64,000 nt of DNA from Glycera tridactyla (taxonomy: Eukaryota). Shown here piece after piece: positions 1 to 12,723 of this stretch. Within the stretch, counting starts at the first letter, position 1; every line of letters starts with the position of its first letter. Both the position numbers and the translations under genes were made by a program. The notes under the pieces were generated by a model. It saw nothing but the letters and a program-made list of their open reading frames with translations, was not told the origin of the DNA and searched no databases. The stretch lies in assembly GCA_965644265.1 (NCBI GenBank), contig OZ286473.1, positions 37,820,001 through 37,884,000 of the forward strand, in the 5' to 3' direction.

Positions 1-26
1 CTTAAAGTGAATACAGATGGTGCAAA

Positions 27-721
27 CAGAGTTGCATCCAGGCCGCGGCAGCGCGGGATTTACGCGAATAAATGACAACTGGGCGCGAAATCGGAAGGCT
101 GGGGCGCCAAGCCATACGCGAATATAGAAAAACTCACGCAAATTGAGCGATCGGCCGCGCCAGAAACCTGTATCATTGGTATTTATGATGGAGAAACAAG
201 AAGAAAGATCGCCATTTTGGCAATTCCTGAATTTGAATTTGAATTTGAATTGAATTTAATATCGCCCGGCTGCGTTCGGAGACGAAGCCCCGCTGTAATC
301 TCGATTCTGATTGGCCAATGAAATCGAAACTGGCAGCTCTCGGCCAATCAGCGGCCGCGATGCAAAAGCGTTCTGACAGTTTCTGATACCCCATACCCGA
401 TAACCCGGTTTCTCGCGATCGTATTTCTAATGGCCAAATAGCGACTGGTGACGGTCAGTTGGAATGGGGTTCGCGGTTTTCTGCGCCTCGTGTCGAGCGT
501 TGAGCATGGTGAATCGAGCGTGAAGTGTGAATGTCATTCGGTGAATCTTTCGAAAATGACTACTTTTGGTGGGTTTTTCTCATTTTTGTGCATTTTGATA
601 ACGTATTTCGAATATGTTTCCATGCCTTCGATATTGGCCCCACCTCAATCCCGATTGGCCCCATGTGAGAATCACAGGGGGCCAATTGGCCCCACTTGAC
701 CAATTCCTAGATGCAACACTG
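27..721. mobile_element. Non-autonomous TIR DNA transposon (CAG...CTG ends), CpG-rich interior
   Basis: Left TIR CAGAGTTGCATCCAGG, right TIR (reverse complement) CAGTGTTGCATCTAGG; identical 7-bp flanks GTGCAAA at 20-26 and 722-728. Confidence 0.75.
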
Positions 722-989
722 GTGCAAAGTCTTGATGGCAATCAGTTTGTGTGTCACATCTCATGCTAGGTCACAGTTGGGATATGTTCAAGCATCTAAA
801 TCCACAAATGTAGTCTTCTGAAGGTGGTTTCATTAGAGGGGTATTTGGTGGTGGTTTCCTCATTTTGTCAAGTCTAGAAGCTGCTTGAAGAAAGAAGTTT
901 CCTGTCGTAGGCCAGAACTCATCGGAGCTCCCTCTGCTGCTTAATTCTAGGTACCTGTCATCATCACCCACTTATCTTGTTTCCTACAG

Positions 990-1178
990 GGCGCATCAAA
1001 ATTATTACTCGAGACGGGGAAGCATCCAGGAGAACTCAAAGATGCCGTGTGCTCGCCAGGTGGCACCACAATCGCCGGTGTACATGTCCTTGAAGCAAAC
1101 AACTTCCGATCATCACTCATCGGTGCTGTAGAAGCGGCTACGAACCGATCCAAACAGCTACAGGAATCCAAATTATGA
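990..1178 (+). CDS. PYCR: Terminal coding exon of pyrroline-5-carboxylate reductase (earlier exons outside the window)
   Basis: Acceptor tttcctacAG|G; translates [62 protein letters not shown], containing the P5CR signature L-K-D-x-V-C-S-P-G-G-T-T; not in the ORF track because it has no start codon. Confidence 0.92.
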   Translation, partial: GASKLLLETGKHPGELKDAVCSPGGTTIAGVHVLEANNFRSSLIGAVEAATNRSKQLQESKL

Positions 1179-1522
1179 TCATTCCAGCTACCGTTGATTA
1201 GATGTCCTCGATCAAGTGCTTGAAAGATGGATGGATCAGTATGATAGAGTGGACCAGAGTTATCAAATATATTCGTCAGTTACAATTTAATGCTATGTAT
1301 CAACCCAAAGGATTATTCATTGTGTGCTCTTGGTCTATGAACTCCATGGAGTGAATAGGTGGACAGGTCTAATCACCTGTATATTTTATGCTTTATCTCC
1401 ACTAATTCCGGTAAAATTTCAATGATCTAATCGCCAAAATAATCAGCATTGAATGCCTTTTTCTTCATCATCATATTAGTGACCTGAAATACTAGAATGT
1501 ACAACTGTGATTTATCTCATGG

Positions 1523-1701
1523 GAACCTGCCTTGATGGCTCTGGTTGCGTGCTGGGCCGGCGTGAATTGGGTCTGGTGTTCAATCCCTGGTCCTACCATG
1601 CAGGAATGTTTCACCCTTCATCTTCGCTCCTCCTTGGCAGGTGGTCTGATTTAGCCTACTCAAGTGCAGAAAGTGGACCTACCACCTCACCATTTCCATT
1701 C
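1523..1701 (+). mobile_element. tRNA-derived SINE, copy 1
   Basis: Degenerate A/B boxes (gtgttcaatccc); near-identical body at 58773-58925 and 61379-61560; 10-bp TSD TATCTCATGG (1513-1522, 1702-1711). Confidence 0.8.
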
Positions 1702-1879
1702 TATCTCATGGAACTAGTCATCTCTTGTCTAATGTATATTCTGCTGTGGCTGAGAGGGAATGTGATATGGATGGAGATGGCTGCCGTCCAAACTGGATGA
1801 TCCCATTTGGGAGTCTCTTTGCTGGCAAGAACAATGAAGACTGCTAATACCTGATTAATTTCACTCATCAATCAGTCTT

Positions 1880-2193
1880 CAGTGTCTGATCCAGAGGGGG
1901 CGTTGGGGCAATTCACCACACAGACCTGACATGACGCCCCTTGTTTCCGGATGGAGGGGTGCATTTCGCCACATCAAAAAGCCCAACTGATGCATTTAGA
2001 TTACATTGTCTATTCTGTGTACTGGGTAGTTTTCACCTGGCCACACTACTGAGCTCATTTCTTCAATTTATTTGACACATCATGGCATTGCCTAGAAAAA
2101 TTTCCCACTTCAAAAACGCCCCTATTTTCCTGAAAAGGGCCCTTTTTCAGAGGTTGGTGTTCCCCCAGAAGTCAGTCCCAGGATTGGACACTG
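1880..2193. mobile_element. MITE with CAG...CTG TIRs, hAT-like
   Basis: TIRs CAGTGTCTGATCC / GGATTGGACACTG; perfect 6-bp TSD AGTCTT. Confidence 0.7.
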
Positions 2194-2608
2194 AGTCTTA
2201 GATATTTTCTTACACAATACATATCAAACAAGTTGCATAGATTTCCACTGCCTGGTATGTAATATAAAGAAACAGTAACCATCATTCCAATCATATATTC
2301 GTGTCAAACCCATCACACCAGGCAGTGAAATTTGCCTTAGCGATTGTTGTAAAACAAACAAACTTCATAGTGAATCACAATAGATAAGCAGGCAGCCATC
2401 TTGGAAATTTCTGGATAATGGACGTGCCTTCCAAACAACTTGCAGTCTGAGAATCGTCAGATTATTGTCTCAAATTTTATTGTTAAAAGTGTAAGTACAG
2501 AGTATTAAATGAATGAAAATGAGATTATGTAATTTATGGATGTCTGCTGTTTTACTTTGAGTCGTACTAAGGCTTGTTGAGGTTGTGCTTCTGGCAATGC
2601 CCTGTATA

Positions 2609-3190
2609 TGTTACGTGTCATCGACGGATCTGCGCGATCGCCCGATAGCGCTGCGCCAACGATAGATCGCCAACGTTGGCGCAGGTATAGATAGATGGCG
2701 CTGCGCTATCGATGGCCCTGGAGGAGATTTCTTAGACTCAGCACTATGCAATGAAGAAAGTTTGCCGTAAATCGTAACTTTGCACTCTTATTTGGAGGTG
2801 ATAAACACATTGAAAAATTATGAAACTTTGATCGAATACTCTCATGAGTCTTGCAATTAGAACCCCACATTCGCTTTTGGTGTATATTGAGTGGTTGCTG
2901 AAATATCCAGCATCAAAGTGAGAGATAGACGAGTGAAAAAACAAGATGGCGGCGATTGTTTACTACCGATATCGCCGAATTTCGGCCAGGATTTAACGAC
3001 ATAAATACATTGAAATGAAGATGTAGTACATCCAATCATTGGGAATTTTGTTTTCTTCATATCTCAATGTAAATAACGAATGAAATCTGTCAATTGGCTT
3101 GCCATCCATCGATTGTTGCGCGATCGATCGATCGCGGTGCCAACGCAGCGCCATCGACCGATGGCGCAGATCGGCCGATGGCGCGTAACA
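2609..3190. mobile_element. Non-autonomous TIR element with TGT...ACA ends (Ginger-like or TA-targeting; class uncertain)
   Basis: TGTTACGTGTCATCGACGGATCTGCGC versus reverse complement of right end TGTTACGCGCCATCGGCCGATCTGCGC (4 mismatches); TATA on both flanks; CpG-rich subterminal GATCG repeats. Confidence 0.65.
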
Positions 3191-3204
3191 TATACATTAG
3201 TGTA

Positions 3205-4171
3205 CAGTGAATCCTGTGACTAGAGACCCCCTTAAATGTCACCAGAAACTAATTTCTCAAAAGAGGTGGTCTCTCATTGGAGTTATGTTGGATTATGTCT
3301 AATAGGGAAGCTGCCTCCCGTTGGAGATGGTCTCTTGTCGCAGGTTTCACTGTACTGTGTTACCAATAAGATCCAATCAAATTTCCCGAGGACGTACCTG
3401 ACAGCATGGTGAACGGCTGAATGTACTTAGTGCATTGAAGATATGCAGTTGAACCTGCCTAAAAAGACCACTCATGGTCCCACCAGAAAGTGGTCTTTGT
3501 TATCTGTAGATAGGTTGATTATTGTACAAAATACCATCATGGTGATGGCTCAAGATAGTCTTTGTACAGAGGTGGCTTCCCATGCAGGTTTGTCTGCAAT
3601 GCCTAAGTACAGTTCAAGCAATTACTACAGTGAAACCTGCGACGAGAGACCACTGCTTTTCCAGGGCAACTTTTCTATTTGACATAGTCAAATATACCTC
3701 TGACGAGAGACCACCTGTTTTGAGAGACCCTTTTTGGTGACATTTAGGGCGGTCTCTCGTCGCAGGTTTCACTGTATATGTCCAGTGATACAGGTATGAG
3801 GTAACATTCAATGTAAATGTAAATGTGTTGGTTTACAGTCTGGTATCCTTAGTTCACCCGACTTTACAAATACATTCCTTGGCAGGTCTGTTCAAGCTTG
3901 AGTCTTTCTCATCTCCCTGGGGAGTATACAACCACAGAATTGACTTCATGGGCTAAGCACTTTACAATCACCATCACTGCCTGTATGCCAAGTACAGTTA
4001 AACCTGTTCTAGGCAGCCACCCTTCGGGAAGGCAAAAAGTGGCTGCTTAGGGCAGGTGGCTGCTTAGAGCAGGTTAATTATAGTGGGAAAAACCCCGATG
4101 GGAAATTCAAAAGTGGCCGCTTAGGGCAGGTGGCTGCTTAGTACAGTGGCTGCCTAGGACAGGTTAGACTG
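3205..4171. mobile_element. Cluster of Tc1/mariner(pogo)-type MITEs: 3205-3352, 3628-3774, 3995-4171
   Basis: TA|CAGT...ACTG|TA; 3628-3774 has a perfect 24-bp TIR CAGTGAAACCTGCGACGAGAGACC. Related copies at ~4921, ~19370, 19861-19978, 22486-22660, 29468-29631, ~40058. Confidence 0.8.
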
Positions 4172-4345
4172 TGCCCATTCACACCTGGGTGATGTGAGGG
4201 AGCACGGAGGTTCCACTCACTTACCTCCACACAGCAGGCCCAGAATGGAATGGTGAACCTGGTCCATGTTGGTCACCCATCCGAGGAGGAGCCCTGATCA
4301 ATGTTGTGAACAGTACTTCTCAGTTGAGAAGCGGAGTGTATACAC
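3810..4345 (-). mobile_element. SINE-like repeat with (TTTACA)n tail, split by the 3995-4171 MITE
   Basis: Second, uninterrupted copy at ~41945-42170 (inside the Academ element) shows the empty site agta|tgcattcacacctggg. Confidence 0.6.
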
Positions 4346-6152
4346 CTAACTCGCCACTTCAATTTCATGAGATTGGCTCACAACCAATGTTGTCATATGC
4401 ATGGACAAACTTACCAGGAAACTGGTCACCTGTGTGCCCAAAAGATGGAGTCAAGATTATGTAATTATACCCCCCTCCAAATGAAGTTGGGAAGGGGGTA
4501 TACTGGAGTCACTCTGTTGGTCGGTTGGTCTGCTCACAAAAATTTGTCCTGCAAACTAGTCCCACATTTCTCAAGCAAATGTCATCAGCACAAAGTGTAG
4601 ATGTGCGAGACACAATTGTCATGCAGATTGATCCACCCACTCCAGAGTTATTCAAGGAAAAAGATTTTTTTTTGTATCTGTGTATTTGGTTGTATCTGTA
4701 AGTTTGGAATTCATTGAGACAGCTGAATTGACGAGGCTCATTAAATTGTCTGTATGGTGTAAGGCCTCTCACAATCCCCTCGGCTTTTCTTTCATTGTTA
4801 GGTAAGATTCTCTGGTAATAGACGTGCTACTGTTGCTCTCCTCCATGACTTGTCCATTTCTTCGCTCTCTCCACAATTACATAACCCCCCCAACACACAA
4901 ACACACATGCATACACTCTCATAGTCAAACCTGCTTGATAGACCACCTCTCTATAGAGACCACCTGCCTCTAAATGTCACCCTGAGCTGCGACCATGATT
5001 TTTTTCTCAACCAGTAAATGACCTCTATTAAAACCACCTGTCTACAGAGGCCACTTCTTATAGACAGGTCAGCTATACCTTGGCCATATTGCATACATTC
5101 TTAGTATATTCAAAGTGGTGCCGGGGGTATTTCAGTCACCTCTGTGACAAAGCTCTCGTTCCCACAGGATTGGCAATGCTAAATGTAGTGGAAGTCTGTT
5201 GATACTTGTTGCTGACCATTTATGAGACATTCAGAATGTAATGAAATTTCAAATTGTCCAGCGCACATCATTTTCTGCATTTATCACAAAAAAAAAGCAA
5301 GTGTAAAGGGACATAGAGTGACTGGAACTATATGTGTGTTCCAGCCAACAAAACATCTGCAAATTTTCAAAGACAACATCCATGTGCGCCATGGTAACAG
5401 CGAAAATCTTGGAAAATGAAATAAATATCACTGCGTAATATACACATATATAAAAATAACAAAAGACCTTCCCTGCAGCCACAGTGACCTTCATCAGAAT
5501 ATTGTTGGAATTGCTGGCAGGTTTCACCATAGTTGTGTGTTACATGAAATCAACTGAGCAGGGATGTGATAGTTCCGCGGATCCGCGGATTTCCGTGTTT
5601 TGCTCACAAACAAAGTCGCGCACATGACAACAAAGATCATTCTCTGATGATTATTTTGGCTTTTAGATCATGAAAATCGGACCTGTATTAGTGGAGATAG
5701 AACACAATGTTTGTATTGAGTGCTAGTAGCCTTCAGTTACAAGTTGTTTGGGTTTGTTGATTGACGAAATTTCAGTATAAGTGCTCCTGGTCAGGCATCA
5801 AAAATTTAAATGACCCACTGGGATCAATACAGATTGTTCCTTTCACACAAAAAAATACCAAAAACAAAATGAAGGACTAGCAATCTAAACGTTATCTCTC
5901 ATTTGGGGTTGGGGGTAGATAATCCTATCTCCCAACCCCGGGTGGCATGAGAAACAGGTTTGCAAATTTTCATGACCTCTGGTGAGGCAGTCACACCCGT
6001 CACCAGCAACACTGCCTGCACCCCTCATAGCTGTACCACAGTCCTCCAATAGATAAGACAATCAACTGTGAGGCTAACACTGATGATGTATCACCTTCCT
6101 CCCAGCCATCACTGTATCCTGATACAATGTACCTGGCACAGCCTTCATACAC

Positions 6153-6621
6153 CAGGGTTCGCAGACTCTGGAAATGTTCTGGAAATCAGTACTTATACTG
6201 GAAATGTTCTGGAAAGTATGTTTTTCACTTCAGTATTCTGGAAAAATACTGGAATTTTAAGATTTGCACTCTGGAACTTACACCAATGTTCTGGAGATCA
6301 GCAAAAACCTGATAATTTCACTCATTTTCGCTGATTGACAGTGCACACGATAGGCATCAATAGGTCTGGTAGGTCTCAAAATGACCACCAAGATGTGCAG
6401 ATGAAAAGTCGTGATCAGCAACGTAATGGAGATTATCAGAAAACTCAGTGGTTCAGACAAACTACCTCTAGATACTGTTGCTGCGCATATAAAATCATCA
6501 CTCATTATGGGGCATTCATTTTGAATACCATAAATTTATTGATTGTGTGAGTTCTGGAAATTTATTATGGTGTACTGGAAATATTCTGGAAAAACTCTGG
6601 AATTTCACTGTATGAACCATG
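6153..6621. mobile_element. MITE with short CA(G/T)GGTTC TIRs and subterminal CTGGAAA repeats
   Basis: 5-bp TSD TACAC (6148-6152, 6622-6626); CTGGAAA arrays at both ends. Confidence 0.6.
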
Positions 6622-6998
6622 TACACACTTTTCGGTTGAATCCATGCCAGTGACATGATGCTCAGGCAACGGGGTCAATTGAATGTGTCAAATGTCCACA
6701 CCCAATTTTGGGTTTACCTACGACATCTGGGGAAGGCACCCACTGCTAGCAAGACAAACAAAATGTAAACACATTTCAATGAAAACATATTATGTCTATC
6801 AGAGATAAACGATGCTCATAATGATGATCCAAAATATGCAACACGAACAATACAACAGTAATATCGCAACAACATAAGATGCTGGAGATCATCTATGTCT
6901 CGAAGAAAGTTGATGACGATGATAATGACAGCAGAAATTAACATCTGCATGAATGGGGTTCCAATAGGGGCTGGGGCATTTTCAAACATACACATCAA

Positions 6999-7133
6999 CA
7001 GGGTGAGAAGAGATAGCGTCCCACCTGCCCAGGGCAGGTAGATTTTCCTGGTAGGCAGGCAGGTGGAATTCAACATAAATGACTTGCATATATAAGCAGG
7101 GCAGGTTGATTTTTCTGATGTCTTCTCACCCTG
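6999..7133. mobile_element. MITE family copy (second copy 19658-19809)
   Basis: TIR CAGGGTGAGAAGA / TCTTCTCACCCTG; interior matches 19658-19809; flanks CATCAA/CATCAT. Confidence 0.7.
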
Positions 7134-7752
7134 CATCATTCACCTTCCAAATGCATTTTGCTGCTGCAGAGTCCAAGGTTGTTATCATCATCACCAATTG
7201 GTCCTTTTCCTTGGGAGTTGAGTAATCATGCCCAGGTGCAATCTTTTAAAACTACATACAGGTCATTTAAAGAGTTCCATGGCATGAATTGGCAATCACA
7301 ACCTTCTGATGTCATTAGCTGAGTAAGAAAAATAGTGCAAAAACTGCATTATTTGCCATTTTCTATGCGATGGAATATGCAGACATGTACATCACAAGCA
7401 GGGAAATTCCTGAGTAGAGAAGTGAATTTGAGAAATGTCCTGCAGGACCAAAAACCAGTGGGACAATACTGAGCTGGGTAAGACAATTTCTCATCCACCA
7501 GAAAGGAATGCTAGATCTTTTCCTATTCTGCACATTTGAAAAAAAAACCTCAGTGCACAGACAATAGTGTCAATGACAAATCTTGAAGTATACAGGGAAG
7601 TAACTTGAAGTAAATGAAATTCTGACATCTGTTGGATTTCTGATGGGAGCTATCGAGACAATTTGTCCACCCAGACAAATGGGACATATGAGAATTCATG
7701 AGATCCTCTCCAAATCTCACCCCAGGAATATCCCCATCCCCCATTCTTTCCC

Positions 7753-7965
7753 CAGGGCTCTATGGTGCTATATGGTGCTACCTGTTTGCTACCAAATTTA
7801 CCCTCTATCTACCATATTTTAATATAGGGGCTAACTGCCCTTAATATTTGGAGAGGTTGTTAATGGTGACATATTTATAGGCTACCAACATTTTGCACTG
7901 GCTACCAAAAATTTCAGCTTAGGAGCCAGCTGGCTCTTAAGTATTTTGACCAACATAGAGCCCTG
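7753..7965. mobile_element. MITE, CAGGG-ended
   Basis: Perfect 12-bp TIR CAGGGCTCTATG / CATAGAGCCCTG; TSD not clean. Confidence 0.55.
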
Positions 7966-9621
7966 ATCCCTGCATGAGACTTGAGGACAAGTTCTATCAC
8001 ACACACAACACTTACACACATCTCCAGAGATACCAACAAAAAGTTCAGGCATCACACACATATCATCACTCCAAGAAATTCACGATCCTCTTATTTTATC
8101 ATTGCAAATACCGCCATCATTACTTTTCATTGACAACAAAGTTTTGCGTCATGAAATATGCCATGACAGAAATAAGTCCACTCATGATTACATACCGGTA
8201 CATGTACCCAGTATTTACAAATTGTATATAATTGTCTGAAATGTTAAAAGAAAATGGTAATCCGCCAGAAAACTTGGAATTCTGTCTAACAAAATGTCTA
8301 ACGTGATGGAGGGAGACAATGTGCGAGATTATGTCTGACAAGTTGTAAGACAGGACTGAAAGTTTTTCACAATTGCTGAACGTATTTCAATTTTTCATTC
8401 TTGTCAATGCTAAATTTCTGGTAGACAAAATACAACTAACTGCTTCTTCAAAACTTTCAACAAAGCTCATCCTGGGTAACATCATGAATTGGTCTTGGTA
8501 GACAAGTGGCCTCTATTGAGACAATGTTTACTGGAACCTGTTATCAAAGACCACCCTTGGTCAAATCAAGTGGTCCTTGTAGACAGGGATCTTTTATAGA
8601 GATGTGTTAACTGTAGAAATACCATCACCATCACTGCTCATGGTGGTCTTTGTATGGAGGTGGTTTCTCAAATTCTTCTCTCCACTGCACTATTGTCATT
8701 AGAAGCTGGCATGCCTAATCAACTCAGCTGGTTACGAGATCCTGTTTGGCAGGCATAAACTGTGCAAAATGTACCTTGAATATATTCAGATTAGGGCATC
8801 ACACTACTTGGGGAAGGACGGCAGAGCTGCTAGAGGAAATTCAATTTGTGCAAGAATGGCAGATTCAGTGTCAACTGGTTCTTGGTGCAGTACAATATTT
8901 TCACAACACTGATGAATCAACAAGTGCGAAGAATGCTATCAAGAGTAAAATCATCTTGGACCCTTACAATATATAACTCCATTATATGACTATTAAAAGG
9001 CACAAAAACTGTATCCATATAAAATGCTGATTTCTTTGCTCCCATGAAACCTCCATATGCTGGCATTGTCACAACCATAAGTTGAAGAACTGAATCAGAT
9101 GGCTTCACCCTATATTGTTCCCACACATCTTTCACCTGTACAGATTTCTAAATATGTGCATTCTAATTCCTATTCAATACGAATGAGCTACTGCTGATAG
9201 ATATATGGGCATGCTTATGTCTCAAATTCAATAAGCACAGTTGGTGGTGGTACAATCATGCTCACATGGGCTGGTTCAAGGAAAGGAATCTTCAATAAAA
9301 AATATTGGCAAAGGTTTTGTGTTGGTGGGTCAATGATGCCATGAATTGGTATACAGCAAAACTCATCAACTCTTCCAAGACTCTGGCAAGCTATAGTTGT
9401 TCTTAAAACTAGTGAGTTGTAAGAGTTGTAAGCAGAATAATCGTTGAAATTTTGAGAGTGGCTCCATCAATCACTGCAATACAATGGAGGACCTGAACTT
9501 GAGGGAAATATTTCCAGGAAGGCCCAAGTGGGTTGTAGGCTGACAAACACCCATTCGAGCAAAATAATTGGAGATTAGTGCACCATTACATCCTAAATAT
9601 TCTTTATCTTAGTCAATATAA

Positions 9622-10608
9622 TCAAATGTATTTCGAGGTTGATGACCATTTCATCCCATCACCAGGCATATTGATGAAAGGCGCTGGTATAATGAACTGA
9701 ATCAGCCCATAGGGACCTAGAGTTGATCGAATATTCTCCCAAATCTTCCGTGATTTGAATATCCAGATTCTCTTGCCATGTTCATATGATGTCACTCCTA
9801 GAAATACAAGATACATTTGCCAAGAGAACATTGATAATGCCCCCAGTGCTGTCGTCAGTGTGAGGTATGTGAGAAGGACAAAAAACATGAATGCCAATGG
9901 TGCATATCCCAATAAACATTCCATAACAGTTATTGGAAAAAGATAATGGTAAAACCCCCAACTGATTGGATGACCATATGTAATGCACAGATAATTAAAT
10001 AACAAATATAATGCATAGGCTCCACTTATCCCACAGTGGAAACAGAGAGCAAGGAAATGACGCTGATTGCTGAAGCCGATACATCCAAGAGTGAAGAAAC
10101 AGTGGTGGTCTCGCTTCAGAATACAACGCTGACACAAAGCACAGTGGTGAGAACGAGGTGGTGCAAGATGGTCACATGTCACACAGTGTTTCCATCCAGT
10201 GGAAGGCAAGTCATTCCCATGCTGAGCTGTTGCTTTGTACACACTCTGACATCTCCAGACCACAAAATAATTAGTGAGCATGCTGAAGACCATGTAGTAA
10301 CTCATTAGGACTCTATTGTACATAATTTCACTGTCTTCATACACCACTGGCATGACAACGTAGACACCAACACTGAAGTCGAAGAAGACGATGAGGAAGA
10401 AGTAGCTGACAGCAAATATGTTCACGTATGTCCAATTGTTTAGGGCACGCCCTCTGTTGGTCTTGCCTCCCAGGAATCTTGAACGATCACCCCAATTGAT
10501 TGGGTCAATATTGTGGAGAATTTCGCGACTTTTGGGATTCACTGACGAACGAAACCATTCCGATTCTGTCGTTCGCCAAGTATGACCATTTTGGGTGTTC
10601 AGTTCCAT
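9622..10608 (-). CDS. ZDHHC: DHHC palmitoyltransferase (ZDHHC22/24-like), 328 aa in one exon; possible 32-codon upstream exon at 10797-10702
   Basis: Cys-rich domain CVTCDHLAPPRSHHCALCQRCILKRDHHCFFTLGCIGFSNQRHF with intact DHHC; four hydrophobic segments; TSYE (TTxE-like) and PGDG near the C-terminus. Subfamily is from memory. Confidence 0.95.
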   Translation of the reverse strand: MELNTQNGHTWRTTESEWFRSSVNPKSREILHNIDPINWGDRSRFLGGKTNRGRALNNWTYVNIFAVSYFFLIVFFDFSVGVYVVMPVVYEDSEIMYNRVLMSYYMVFSMLTNYFVVWRCQSVYKATAQHGNDLPSTGWKHCVTCDHLAPPRSHHCALCQRCILKRDHHCFFTLGCIGFSNQRHFLALCFHCGISGAYALYLLFNYLCITYGHPISWGFYHYLFPITVMECLLGYAPLAFMFFVLLTYLTLTTALGALSMFSWQMYLVFLGVTSYEHGKRIWIFKSRKIWENIRSTLGPYGLIQFIIPAPFINMPGDGMKWSSTSKYI

Positions 10609-10609
10609 C

Positions 10610-11050
10610 TACAAGCCGTTCGATAACGATTTAGACACTCTTTTGACAGTTGACAGCTCCTCCACCACCGTTTTGTTGATATTTTACCGGAAGAGCCTTA
10701 CAGGAAGCAGCGAAAGTACGGATTTACGTCCTTGACCTTGGTCTCGCGGAACCCGGATGAATCGAGAGACAGACGGGCATCGGGAAACGGTAGCCATTTT
10801 GTTTGAATTACACGACAGCAACGGTTCGCATGAAATATTTCCGCCAACCTGTGAGACTACAGATCAGGGAGGACACTTGATGGAGAGCAAGACTTCGCCA
10901 TCGCTGCTCAGAGTAATATCACACGAATGTAAGTCGATAACAGTGGGAAATGCGTATTCTTCAAGAGCCAGCTGAATCATTTCGTGTTGTCAGTCGCCGC
11001 CATGTTTCCATCGCCGTATTTTAGTGTTGTCCGAATCTGTTTCTCCAGTT
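10610..11050. promoter_or_regulatory. CpG-rich shared/bidirectional promoter region (ZDHHC on -, PRDM-like on +)
   Basis: High CpG density; + strand donor GAAT|GTAAGT at 10928/10929; - strand aaaATGG at 10797 and donor CCT|GTAAGG at 10702/10701; ETS-like CCGGAAG at 10687. Confidence 0.55.
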
Positions 11051-12023
11051 CGACCGAATCCCACTTTTACATTCAATCGTAGTCTACTCTAGGGTGCAGA
11101 CTTTCGTTTTCACCCACGTGGCCTTTTAGCACTTAACAGGTTAAAGCATGGGGATCATTGTAGTCAGCTAGTGGCCTTCTGCCCAGATTTGGGTGCACCC
11201 AGACCCCAACTCAGCTGATACCAACAATTGAAAATCCACCCCATGCTCATTGGAAGCAATTTTTCATTGCTTCTACTCTGCATTTCTAGCTAAGATTGGA
11301 TGTGTATCTTTTATCTGGATGGATAAAAAGACCAGTGATCACTTGTATCTAGATCCACATGCTTAATTTCTAATTCTTAAGGAGAAAATAGTTTCACAGA
11401 AATAGATCTACTTATTGGCTGGCTATAGATTAAAAGACCGATTGGCAGAACAATGATAGAGATGCATGATCTCAGCCAGGAAGGTGTCCACATGTCTTTT
11501 CAGGACACTCAATTTTCAGTATGGATGGCCTAAATTTTCTAAAACCTAGGGTTGCATTCAGTGGGGGGTATTTCACACACTCCATGTAGTGTGTCCATAT
11601 ATCCTAACCAGGGGCCACAATGTCCCCTAAATCAAGTGGAGGTTGCACTTTCTCATGTTGATTGGACCGATTTCAAAAATTTTTGTGGATAATTGCCCCC
11701 TCTTCTCGTTTTTGTCCCGTCTGCTTCAGCAGTGATGGGACATAGGTGTTACACTTCCGTCAGTGCCGTTGTCGTCAGCGTTGGCGGCGTCATTAACATT
11801 GCTTAAGATTTCAGTTAGGTTTTTTCTATGAAGCCTCCCGCGATTAATATTGTATCTACCTTCTTGAAATTAGGTATACATATGCATCAGTAGTTGGTCA
11901 ATAACATAGGCATATTATTTATCATATTCCATCATGTATGATTGGGTAATTTCGAGGGAAAAGAAGACTTTTTCATTTGTGATTTTGTAATTCTTTGTCA
12001 GTGGTCCATGGTGGTGGTCTATG

Positions 12024-12723
12024 CCCAGATAACATAGAAGCATTGGGCCAATGCTGGCTAACATTGGCTAACTGCTGGCAGTGCTGGTAGCGGTTACCCA
12101 GCATTGGTCCAGCATTGGCCCAATGTTAGTATTAGGATTCAAAATTGTGCTCATATCTGCCGACGAAACCGGCAAACAGCCAGCATCAAGCCAACATTGA
12201 GTCATGCGCAGGCGCGCACGTCACGTCGTTCACCTCGTGCAGACGACGTGCAAGTGCTGACAAAAGGAAGAGGCTATATCTCGATAAATCCATCGCAAAT
12301 TACCATGATTCCCATGCCAAGATTTGATTCGGATATCCTAAAACACGCTTTGGAACTTTATTGGCATTCTAGAATGGTGCTAATAGTTATTGGCGTGATT
12401 TTGGCGAACAGATCGGCGTTTCCGATGATGTAAACAAAGGCTGCCATCTTGGATTTTTGACAAGTGACAGCTTGAACAGAACAGAACGCCGAGCCGAGAT
12501 TTCCGATCATATCTCAAAAACTACTCGACGTATACAGCTCCTATTTGGTCAGAAGGTGCATCCTCATTGTATTGATTGCTGGGCTTATGCTGGGTCAATG
12601 CTGGGTTGCCAGCATTGGGCCATTGCCGAGCCAATTTGCACTGCCGACGTAATGCCAATATTGGACTAATGCTGGCAGCCAGCATTGGTCCAGCATTGGC
12701 CCAATGCTCGTATGTTATCTGGG
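12024..12723. mobile_element. Non-autonomous CCCAG-ended DNA transposon (EnSpm/CACTA-like)
   Basis: 34-bp TIR CCCAGATAACATA(GA/CG)AGCATTGGGCCAATGCTGG with 2 mismatches; 2-bp TSD TG; subterminal CAGCATTGG repeats. Confidence 0.7.

Noticed and set aside
8120-9135. Possible extra - strand gene with exon-like segments 9135-8968 and 8235-8120
   Set aside because: Splice phases conflict (0 versus 1), no recognisable domain, and the region could be ZDHHC 3' UTR or flank; open frames of this size are common here.
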